NCBI GenBank assembly: GCA_965644295.1
Contig: CBFFRP010000342.1
Coordinates: forward strand, 62,001 to 126,000
Source: Paraphysomonas bandaiensis
Lineage: Eukaryota; Protista; Chrysophyceae
Length of the DNA stretch: 64,000 nt
Direction: 5' to 3'
Shown: piece by piece, positions 27,825-37,397 of the stretch
Position numbering within the stretch: position 1 is the first letter of the stretch
How the letters are laid out: every line of letters starts with the position of its first letter
Notes under the pieces: model-generated
What the model was told of the DNA's origin: nothing
Database searches by the model: none
Seen by the model: the letters and a program-made list of their open reading frames with translations, nothing else
Made by a program: the position numbers and the translations under genes

Positions 27825-29845
27825 ATGTCATTGTTTACCATCCCATCCATCTTATGGCTAGCATATTACCTCGCTATGTCTCACTGCTACAGTCCCTCCA
27901 TCTCCTCAGCCGTTAACCCCGTTAACCCCGTTAGTCCCGTTAATCCTATGAATTCACTTACTTTGACTTCGTCTTATCGACCAATAGACTCCTCTCGACC
28001 ATCCCGCAACCCCGTTAGTCCCATTAGTTCCGTTACTTCGATGTCGTCTAGATCATCTGATGCATCTCATATACTTGCAAGTACTTATAGATACAGTGTT
28101 AGTAATCATACCAGTTATAGTGGTCATATTAATAGGAATCATATGAGTGTATCTCGACATCTGGAGGAAGAGACCTCATCTGCAAATAGCCACTCACCGA
28201 TTAGAGGAAAGGGAAAGGGGAAAGGTGCTAAAGGGAGAGGGAAAAGAGGACCTATTAGTAGCTTAACTCCATTATCTGATGAGTTCGAGAGCCCATCGAA
28301 TGGCACCGATATTCTTACTCGCCCACAGGCTGTGATTAGATGTCAAAACCAAACTCAATGTATCCGTCCGGCTCTCCAGCTAGAGCGCACGTATGATGTC
28401 TATTACTGCAAACGTGTCTCCTATGGTGTTCGTTTTTATTTTCTAGTCTTGGAGGGACTGCTGCTCCATCCTAATATCCGGATAGTAGATTCTCCGGAGC
28501 AGGCAGAGATCATTTTATACTTACCGGAATCTGCTGCATGGCATAAGTCGGAATGCAACAAGCCAGAATATGCTTCCAAGATGGTTGTTATGGACGAAAG
28601 TGATGGGCCACAGATCATGAGTCAACCGGGACGATGGTACATTCTGTACTTCAAGAGGAGTTTTATACATCGGAACAATGGGGTAATTGCTATATACATG
28701 TATTCTATAGAGCACAGTTAATTTTATAGTGCAACATTGTGTCATATCCCTATAGTATCATGGCTGATTAATATGTTGACGTGAATGGTACTTAATGGCC
28801 GGTCATGTATTGCAGGCATTTAGAGGTTACATGAACTACCTTTTTCATCGCGACGACGTGATGCCGATGACTTACCCTTTAGCCAATGCGTATGTGCGAC
28901 CTAAGTTTTCCAGAGTAGAGGATAGAGATTTAGACATCGTCTGTACCTTGCGGGAGAACCCCCATGATCCCACGAGAAGCAGAATTAAAGGGTGGGTCAA
29001 TGAGTATGCGCAGCTTAGGGGGTTGTCAAACTTTCAGGGAAAAGAGGTCAGTGTCTTGTTTCGTTTTCATGGGTGTGAAGTAATTCTGCTGATAATATTG
29101 CTGTCAACACGTATAACAATAGCAATGAAGTTATTTAACTACTGCGTCTATCTGTTATGTGCTGGTTATAGTACGTGTAAGCACGTACTTAATTGATGCT
29201 GCGCACTTCATATATTCTATAGGTGAATCGCGCCAGCAGAACCACTGTTGATTCCAATTATTTGAATCAGATGTTCCGTGCCCGTATAATTGTCACAGCC
29301 AATCCGTCCGGGTGGGAAGGAGGTGCGTGCCACTCAGATGTGTATCTATTGCGTGCAATGCTATTCATGTGGTACGAAGTCATTATTGAAAATGTGTAAT
29401 ACGGGGTGTGCGTAACTCACTAATGTGAGTTGTATGTATAGACTTCCGTCTGATGGAAGCCATTGCTAGCGGTGCGTTAATTCTTGTGGACAAGATGTAC
29501 ACTCCGCGTCCTTTTCCTTTGAAGCACCAGACTCATGTAATTTACTATGATAACCACAATAAAACTGATCTCTTCGAGAAACTTGACTTTTATCGAGATA
29601 ATGTGAGACGTGCACGCAGTATAGCGGCAGGTGGATACTTGCATGCAATGAAATTTCATCGTGCGCCATGTCTACTGGACTATGTGTTGCGTACAGTGCA
29701 CATGAAAATGTTGCAACAGAGCGGCTCCACCAATATCCCGTCATATACAGAGACTGGGTTCGATATGCATAGATTAGCGAGACAGATGGCCGAGCGGCAC
29801 AAAAAGAAAATGAAGGCAGCTATAAGAAGGCGCAGGCGACAGTAG
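27825..29845 (+). CDS. Putative type II membrane glycosyltransferase (Glyco_trans_1_2/CgeB-like C-terminus)
   Basis: Hydrophobic N-terminus, Ser/Pro-rich stem, VVMDESD and YFKRS motifs. The spliced C-terminus reads ANPSGWEGDFRLMEAIASGALILVD...IAAGGYLHAMKFH. Confidence 0.7.
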
Positions 29846-30235
29846 GCAGCTATTATAAGTGGGCTTTTAGATAGGAATCCTAGTACGAATTTAATATCTA
29901 CATTGCTAAGATAGGCTATTTTGCTTGTAGCTGTGTATGGGAAGCATTGTAATTGGGTAGTTAGACCGTTGAATAATGTATAATATACAGTTTGCGTTGG
30001 TGTCATTTTCGTGTAAATGAATTACATCACCTCACGTAGTTTCTAACAATACCCATGGTGTGTATGACTTTCAGATGTAGCAGTTGTTACGATTAAGAAT
30101 TATAAATGAATATCTATACAATGAAGAATGAAATAATACGAAACACACATATTCGTCAAAATAAGTAACGAGACCAGTAGACTGTAGACTAAATATAGTT
30201 TGAAATATTATTTCATTTTCTAGAACCGAAACATG

Positions 30236-31613
30236 TGGGCTACTCTATATTGTCTGAACTAATAAGATCAACATCTCTAACGCTTGTTGCCTCTGAGTTA
30301 CGTTTACACGTATCCTATAGGAACCTATTGTTAGTACTACTATATATCCTTTTATCACTATTGTCTATGAAATTCGATACCCATAAACCATCTCAAGAAA
30401 AGGTGATGATCATATACCAACAGTGTGGTATACTTATTATAAATCGTGCTTTACAAAACTCTTGCTTGCACATTACACGTCAGTATCACCACACTGATTG
30501 ACTGCTACACTAACAACCATGAGATATCTGTGAGGAACAGACCAAGTACATTGACTTCTCCATTTGCGCGCCTAAGATTCATACTCCAGAATGACTTGGT
30601 CAGTCTTGAGATTCGCCCCAGCCTTGCAGGAAACAGACTTGATCACGGCATTCTTCGTAGCGCGAAGAATGTTCTACACAAATCATAGTTGAATATATAT
30701 CAGCAGCATAGACAGGTATATAGGTACCTGCATTTTCATGGCCTCGACCACAGCAAGCTCTTGTCCCTCTACCACATGCTGACCAGGCTCCACATCTACA
30801 ATAATATCAAATCACACAGAATCATACATTTGCAAATCACCACAGTTCACCGATCACGACAAATACGATAGTATATATACAAACAGAGATCTACAAGTGC
30901 ACAAAATACATGTACACTACTTACCAACGGACACCAGTGTTCCGGGCATAGGGCAGCGGAGCATATTGGAAAAGTCCTTTTTCTCTGGGGGGCGCATGTG
31001 GGCACTCATCTCATGCTCCAATTCTGTGCGAATCAACACTTCCTGTTGGCTACCCTTGTATCGTAACCTATATCCCTCTACGGTCTTCGCTTCAATTTGA
31101 AGTACCTGCATATCATACGACCTTCAATAAAACTATACATATAAAATAATGTATAGAGCAGCTAAACATGACAAATATATATCGTATACAATAGTATTCA
31201 AAGTGTAACATCAGAACTAGACGACTTTCCACAATTTGTAGATTATTGGTAATAAAGGATGCTCTTTAAAACTTGAGTAATTACAACCCACCTCAACTGC
31301 GGTGTCCTTAAGTTCCGAGTCAGGGTCAGTCTCCATTCCGAATTCAGAGCCATTCGCGAGGTACTCGTTGCTTACAGTGACAGGACCATCTGGGATCTCC
31401 TTATCAAGGAACACACGGGCAAAACGAGCCCCTGGAGAGTAATCCAGACCCATCACAGTGAGAGATCCGCCACCCGCAGCTCCCTATAGAGCGACGTGTT
31501 AAAACAATAGTTATGAAGAGTTAAAGCACACCTCTTTCATCGGGGTGACGTCAATATCCATGTACCCCCCTTCCTCCTGTCCAATAGTAACTCTGTAAGG
31601 CACACCCTCCTGA
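30236..31613 (-). pseudogene. Duplicated promoterless 3' fragment of PCCA (left copy of the 1,378-bp direct repeat)
   Basis: Appears identical to 37062-38439 at offset 6,826; the ORF track gives identical translations. Contains the last exons including EAMKM and the stop at 30572, and is cut mid-exon at the LTR. Confidence 0.93.
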
Positions 31614-31899
31614 ATATGGACTGTATCCTAGTATATTCAATGTGGTACTTGAAGACAATGTACGAGAATACAGTGAAGTATGGTGATGTGTAGATGCTGT
31701 TATGATATTGAGAAAACTGAAATAGTTTGCTCTTTCAAGATATGTTTAGTAGCGAAAGGTCTACAGAAGTAGTGATTTATGCATGGCACAAAACGAGCTT
31801 GTGTTGTTTAACACAATTTGTGTAAACGATATTAATAAATCTATCTAGTCTAACAACTTAATCTCTCTTTGATCTAAGTAAAATGAGCATTTCCCAACA
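31612..31899 (+). repeat. 5' LTR (288 bp; lacks the first 5 bp present in the 3' LTR)
   Basis: Matches 36774-37061 at offset 5,162 and ends ...ttcccaaca directly before the PBS. Confidence 0.95.
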
Positions 31900-34800
31900 T
31901 GGTAGCGAGCGAGGAGGAGAGAAGGAGGATAGAGGAGTAGTTCCTCAGTTCAACGAGACTAACGTTGAACAATGGATTGAGGACTTCGAGACATTCCTTA
32001 TGAGGAAGGAACAAAGCGAGGTAGCGGTGGAACTGCCACCTAAGGAGAGCGACTTCGGGGAGCAGCCACTTACGTTGATGGAGGAGAAGGCGTACAGACA
32101 GGCTGTGAAGAGGTATTGGAAGGCGAACGCCATAGCTTATTCTTACTGCAGGGATGCGGTGCAGCATTCCCCGAAAGCGCTGCGTAAATTCCATCTTACC
32201 CACAAAGCGTTCAAGGCAGAAGGGAGTGGTGTAAACAGGTTCAAAACACATGTAATGATTGATGAGTTGAAGAAGTGTTTTGCTGGAGGGAAGCAAAATA
32301 GGATCAGTGACCTCTTAACTCAATATGGTTCTTTCCGTATGCGTCCGGAGGAGACGGCGAAGGACTACGTACTACGGTTCGAACTACTGCTGAAGGAACT
32401 ACAGGAGCAGCAGCAGGATATCTCGGAGGTATCAAAAACAAGTCGACTACGAGAAGGCTTGCTCAATGAAGAGTATGCTCAACTGAGAGTTGGATTATAC
32501 TTGATGGATGATGATGTTAATTATGTAACTGTATCACGTAAGATAGAAGGCTATGATGATACTATGGCTGGGAAGGAAGCGTTGGAGAAGAAGCGTAAAA
32601 GAGTGGAGGAGCTGAACCTGATAGACAGTAAGAAACGATATCGCAGAGAGAGGGATCATCGTAAGAAGAACAACGGTAAGAAGAAGCCGATGAAGAAGGA
32701 TACAGAGATTACAGGGCAGCGACCTGGAAGTGCCGAATATACTGGGTGCAGAAATTGTAAGTCAAAGGAACATCTTGCCATCGATTGTCCAGCATCGAAA
32801 AAGAAGTACTCGCAAAGCAAGAGCAAGGCTGTGAGGTTTCAAGATGGAAGGAAACCAGACAAAAGACTACTTACAGTTGAAAACATCAGGCGTGGAGAGC
32901 CAGCGGATTTGTCTGACGAAGACGAAGCAAATATGATCGAGCAACAGGAAGAGTATCACTTGTCATGTAATGTGTATGAGACGAATATATGCAGTAGTGT
33001 GCATGAGGATATTCACTATACATACATTGATACCTGTTGTTTGTCATCAATGTTTTTGATAAATGATGTGAATATACTTGATAGTCATATGCACACATCA
33101 AAGGTTATTAATGGTTCGAAAAAAGGGTCAGAGATATGCGTCACGAGTGTAGGTTCCCGTGGAGCATGGAAGAACATTGAGGTATCAAGTCAGATAAATC
33201 GGTGTCTTTGTTCTGGACGGAAGTTGAACGATATGGGATATCGATTTACTGTATGGTATGGTATACAGATATATGACAGAAATACGGATGAGCTGGTGTT
33301 GGAGGGACCTATGAAGAATGGAATGACTGCTGTGCCAACACAGCAGTTATTGGAGCTTCCAGACGTATCGACATCCAGTGATTCAGAAGTAAATCTCAGT
33401 GACCGTACGGGTGAGGATGAACTGGAGCTGTTACATAGGAGAGCGGGTCATTTTAACAAGCATGCGTTGGTAGAAGCCCACAAAAGAATGCTAATTATTG
33501 GGACTGGACTGAAACGAAAACATCTCTCGAAACGTGTTTCCAAAGAACAGTGTCTATGTGATGTATGCGCCAGGGCGAAGATCACCAGAGTAAGTTTTCG
33601 GACAAAGGATGAGGACTCCGTTCGTCCAAATTTCTCGGCCGATATAGCAGTATACTTAAATTGTCCAGCTCGAGGAGGGGAAATATATGTGCTCAAACTA
33701 ACACACCATGCCAGTCGGATGTTCTGGTCGGAAGGGCTTGTTCATAGGACTGGGTCATCGGTACTGCAGGTTTTCAAGAAGATTTTTGAAGGAGATGTGA
33801 AAAGGTACAAATTAGAAATGCATCATTACCATGCAGATGGAGCAGGGGAGCTAATATGTGATGAGCTGCGACAATATCTTAGGTCACAGGGTTGCTATCA
33901 ACATACGTGGAGCTCTACGGACTCTCCTGAGATGAACGCGATTGAGGAGCGGAAATTCAGGACCTGTGGTGAGATGACATTAGCGATGCTGATTCAGTCA
34001 GGATTGCCTTCACAGTTTTGGCTAGATGCCTACATGGCAGCCAGGTACATATTAATTCGATTGCCTACAAAGACAGCGAAGGGGTATATGTCCCCTCTTG
34101 AATTTTTGACTGGTGAGGCTCCCAACCTGAAATATCTCAGAGTATGGGGGTGTCGTGCGTATGTCCTCACTACAAAGGCGGATCGACGGAAAGACTGGGA
34201 CGACAAGGCCCTTATCGGATATCTGATAGGATATTCAGATGAAAAGGTAGGATATGATGTATATCTACCTGCGACTGATAGGGTCGTCACGTCGGTACAT
34301 GTATTAACTGATGAGTCCATACCGTCACGCTCGGAGAGCTATTTCGCTGAGATAGATGCTCTTCGAGTGAAGGAGGCCGAGAGACCGAAAATTGTGTCTG
34401 ACTATGCGGGCTTAGAAGGTACATATCATATTGATGATGAGGATGGTCTTCTCTACAAGACCACGAGAGTAGTAGAACGAAAGGGGGTAATAGTAGCCTA
34501 TCGATCTCTGGTAACTGCAGGTCGGAAGCATATCGAGCACCGGGTGCCGATTCACGTCGAGGACGTAGTGCGAATGACTGCAGAAACTCCCGGGAATACC
34601 GGATATATAGGAAAGGGGGACGCCCTGAGTACTATGCCAGCCAGGGTGCTGGACCAGGGAAGACCTGGAGGGTTACAGGAGAGTCCTGACCCAACCTGTC
34701 AGGAGACAGCTGTGAGGTTGCAGACCTCTGAAGACTATGAGTCTGGGGTTGTGAGCGGGGCTCCTCCCACAACGCACGATGTGCGTGCTCAGGATGAGCA

Positions 34801-36595
34801 AGGTACGGGTTCTTATATACCTCGTCGACCGATTGAACTAGATGGTGATGGTCGGGTCCGACGCAAACGGCTGCAGCGGAGACTGGCAAACGCGTCAGTT
34901 TTAGGAGAGATTAATATGGTTGAAGTACCGGATGCGCATAATATTGATCTTAACCATGCAGAGACAGAAGATATCAAGATACCAAATTCATATGCCGAGG
35001 CAGAGAGATCTCCACAGTATCAACAATGGAGAAAAGCTCGAATGGTGGAGAAGACATCATTGCTGAAAAGACGTGTCTTGAAGATCGTGAAAATTCCAAG
35101 CGGAGTGAAATTAGTTAGAGCGAAATATGTGCATACGGTGAAGCGAGACATACTAGGGAATATAGTAAAGTACAAGGCTCGGCTAGTGGCATTAGGAAAT
35201 CTCCAAGAGAAGAAGGAGGAGGAGCCGTCCACTTTCGCTCCAGTGGTTAAGGGTATAACCATTAGACTAGTGTTAGCGATTGCGTTTATGTTACAGATGC
35301 ATGTGCATCAATTAGATGTATCATCCGCATTTTGCTATGCAGATCTGGAGGATGACGTGTATATGGCACCTCCACCAGATGAGGAATTACTAGCTGGATG
35401 GTGTTTTCAACTAATCAAGGCATTGTATGGACTGCGATCTTCACCGCGACAGTGGAATAAACATATTGACAAGTTTATTAAATCATTGCATTTTACTCCG
35501 TGTATTTTGGATACGTGTTTGTATATGCGATGGAGTAACGGAAAACTGCATTTATTATTGATATATGTTGATGATATCATAATTGCATCCGCTGATCTGA
35601 CTTACTTGGAAAGCGTAAAGCGTAGGTTCTGTGAAACATTCGAGATGCATGATCTGGGAGTGTGTAAGCGATTTCTGAACATCAGGATAACCAGAGGAGA
35701 AAATTGGTATATGTTAGATCAATCTGAGTATGCTAAGAATATTATCAAGAAATTCAGCTCAGTTATGGGAAAGAGTAGTAAGAATAAGGAGGCCCCACTA
35801 CCTACTAATGTTCAGGATCTGTTGGCAGAGGAACGTGAACTTACGGAGGAGCAGAAGCAGTGGGTTGACTCATTTCCGTATCGGCAAATTATTGGAGCAG
35901 TGTTGTATCTAGCAATGCATACTAGACCTGATCTGGCTTATGCAGTGGGGTTATTGTCTCGATTTAGTAGTTGTCCGACATATGCATCGTGCAAACTGGC
36001 GATTCACTTATTGAAATATTTGCGTGGAACAATTGATGAGGGCATCAGATTCAGTGGGAGTGAGTTCGACTTACATGTGTTCAGTGATTCAGATTGGGCT
36101 GGTGATAGACTGACTCGGCGATCGACAACAGGATACATTGTGTTCTTATGTGCAGGCGCATTGGCCTGGCAGTCTAAACTACAGACCACAGTTGCAACTT
36201 CGAGCATGGAATCTGAATATATGGCGGAGTATGCGGCTATGCAAGAACTGGTGTGGCTTCGGGGGGTGTTCAAGGAGCTCGGGCTCTTAGTTGCGAAGCC
36301 GACTCCATTCTTTATGGATAGCAAGAGTGCGAAAGATCTCTCCGAGAATCCTGTGTATCATAAGAGGTCGAAGCATATAGACATCAAGTATCACTGGGTG
36401 AGAGAGCATGTAAATGGAAAATTTCCTACGGCAAAGTTGATTCATGTGTCGACGGATGATATGGCGGCTGATATTTTCACGAAGGCATTGTCAACGAAAC
36501 TTTTCAGTCGTCATGAGAAAACTATTACCGGGGTTAAGAGAAGTGTGTCAACCAGAGTTGAGGAGCAGCAGAAGAAGCGACCCCGAAGAGGTTAA
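31883..36595 (+). CDS. Copia gag-pol polyprotein (1570 aa)
   Basis: Gag knuckle CRNCKSKEHLAIDC; protease-like YIDTC; integrase HRRAGH..CDVC and D-D-E (SADIA, HADGAGE, NAIEER); RT YKARLVA, QLDV, ALYGL, YVDD; RNase H FSDSDWAG, KHIDIKYH, ADIFTK. Confidence 0.97.
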   Translation: MSISQHGSERGGEKEDRGVVPQFNETNVEQWIEDFETFLMRKEQSEVAVELPPKESDFGEQPLTLMEEKAYRQAVKRYWKANAIAYSYCRDAVQHSPKALRKFHLTHKAFKAEGSGVNRFKTHVMIDELKKCFAGGKQNRISDLLTQYGSFRMRPEETAKDYVLRFELLLKELQEQQQDISEVSKTSRLREGLLNEEYAQLRVGLYLMDDDVNYVTVSRKIEGYDDTMAGKEALEKKRKRVEELNLIDSKKRYRRERDHRKKNNGKKKPMKKDTEITGQRPGSAEYTGCRNCKSKEHLAIDCPASKKKYSQSKSKAVRFQDGRKPDKRLLTVENIRRGEPADLSDEDEANMIEQQEEYHLSCNVYETNICSSVHEDIHYTYIDTCCLSSMFLINDVNILDSHMHTSKVINGSKKGSEICVTSVGSRGAWKNIEVSSQINRCLCSGRKLNDMGYRFTVWYGIQIYDRNTDELVLEGPMKNGMTAVPTQQLLELPDVSTSSDSEVNLSDRTGEDELELLHRRAGHFNKHALVEAHKRMLIIGTGLKRKHLSKRVSKEQCLCDVCARAKITRVSFRTKDEDSVRPNFSADIAVYLNCPARGGEIYVLKLTHHASRMFWSEGLVHRTGSSVLQVFKKIFEGDVKRYKLEMHHYHADGAGELICDELRQYLRSQGCYQHTWSSTDSPEMNAIEERKFRTCGEMTLAMLIQSGLPSQFWLDAYMAARYILIRLPTKTAKGYMSPLEFLTGEAPNLKYLRVWGCRAYVLTTKADRRKDWDDKALIGYLIGYSDEKVGYDVYLPATDRVVTSVHVLTDESIPSRSESYFAEIDALRVKEAERPKIVSDYAGLEGTYHIDDEDGLLYKTTRVVERKGVIVAYRSLVTAGRKHIEHRVPIHVEDVVRMTAETPGNTGYIGKGDALSTMPARVLDQGRPGGLQESPDPTCQETAVRLQTSEDYESGVVSGAPPTTHDVRAQDEQGTGSYIPRRPIELDGDGRVRRKRLQRRLANASVLGEINMVEVPDAHNIDLNHAETEDIKIPNSYAEAERSPQYQQWRKARMVEKTSLLKRRVLKIVKIPSGVKLVRAKYVHTVKRDILGNIVKYKARLVALGNLQEKKEEEPSTFAPVVKGITIRLVLAIAFMLQMHVHQLDVSSAFCYADLEDDVYMAPPPDEELLAGWCFQLIKALYGLRSSPRQWNKHIDKFIKSLHFTPCILDTCLYMRWSNGKLHLLLIYVDDIIIASADLTYLESVKRRFCETFEMHDLGVCKRFLNIRITRGENWYMLDQSEYAKNIIKKFSSVMGKSSKNKEAPLPTNVQDLLAEERELTEEQKQWVDSFPYRQIIGAVLYLAMHTRPDLAYAVGLLSRFSSCPTYASCKLAIHLLKYLRGTIDEGIRFSGSEFDLHVFSDSDWAGDRLTRRSTTGYIVFLCAGALAWQSKLQTTVATSSMESEYMAEYAAMQELVWLRGVFKELGLLVAKPTPFFMDSKSAKDLSENPVYHKRSKHIDIKYHWVREHVNGKFPTAKLIHVSTDDMAADIFTKALSTKLFSRHEKTITGVKRSVSTRVEEQQKKRPRRG
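31900..31910 (+). promoter_or_regulatory. Primer-binding site, probably for initiator tRNA-Met
   Basis: TGGTAGCGAGC immediately follows the LTR CA. TGGTA is complementary to U72-A73-CCA, consistent with the A1:U72 pair of eukaryotic initiator tRNA. Confidence 0.8.
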
Positions 36596-36759
36596 AGGTG
36601 TGTTTTAGTGGGTGAGAATCCCACATAACTATATATCTAGTTGACTGCTAGTTATATATGTATCTTGATAAGATTTCACATCTATTTTACCTATGAGACT
36701 AGTTTATAGCATGAAGATCACTGTACTCATTGTTGTTTCGTATCACTGCATTCTACATT

Positions 36760-36768
36760 GAGTGGGAG
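36760..36768 (+). promoter_or_regulatory. Polypurine tract
   Basis: GAGTGGGAG directly upstream of the 3' LTR, similar to typical copia PPTs. Confidence 0.75.
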
Positions 36769-37061
36769 TATTAGAATATGGACTGTATCCTAGTATATTC
36801 AATGTGGTACTTGAAGACAATGTACGAGAATACAGTGAAGTATGGTGATGTGTAGATGCTGTTATGATATTGAGAAAACTGAAATAGTTTGCTCTTTCAA
36901 GATATGTTTAGTAGCGAAAGGTCTACAGAAGTAGTGATTTATGCATGGCACAAAACGAGCTTGTGTTGTTTAACACAATTTGTGTAAACGATATTAATAA
37001 ATCTATCTAGTCTAACAACTTAATCTCTCTTTGATCTAAGTAAAATGAGCATTTCCCAACA
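36769..37061 (+). repeat. 3' LTR (about 293 bp, termini TATT...AACA)
   Basis: Begins right after the PPT (tattagaatatgg) and ends ...cccaaca. Contains AATAAA. Confidence 0.9.
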
Positions 37062-37397
37062 TGGGCTACTCTATATTGTCTGAACTAATAAGATCAACAT
37101 CTCTAACGCTTGTTGCCTCTGAGTTACGTTTACACGTATCCTATAGGAACCTATTGTTAGTACTACTATATATCCTTTTATCACTATTGTCTATGAAATT
37201 CGATACCCATAAACCATCTCAAGAAAAGGTGATGATCATATACCAACAGTGTGGTATACTTATTATAAATCGTGCTTTACAAAACTCTTGCTTGCACATT
37301 ACACGTCAGTATCACCACACTGATTGACTGCTACACTAACAACCATGAGATATCTGTGAGGAACAGACCAAGTACATTGACTTCTCCATTTGCGCGC

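Larger units (their letters stand above)
31612..37061 (+). mobile_element. Full-length Ty1/copia LTR retrotransposon
   Basis: Two LTRs with no difference I could see, a PBS, a PPT and a single intact gag-pol ORF in PR-IN-RT-RH order. Confidence 0.97.

Noticed and set aside
30235-31100. Plus-strand ORFs in the duplicated segment (and their twins at 37061-37926)
   Set aside because: They are antisense shadows of PCCA exons, introns and UTR with no recognisable motifs.
31611-31612. Apparent canonical TG start of the 5' LTR
   Set aside because: The T is host sequence (matches 38437). The equivalent 3' LTR base (36773) is A, so LTR identity begins at 31612.
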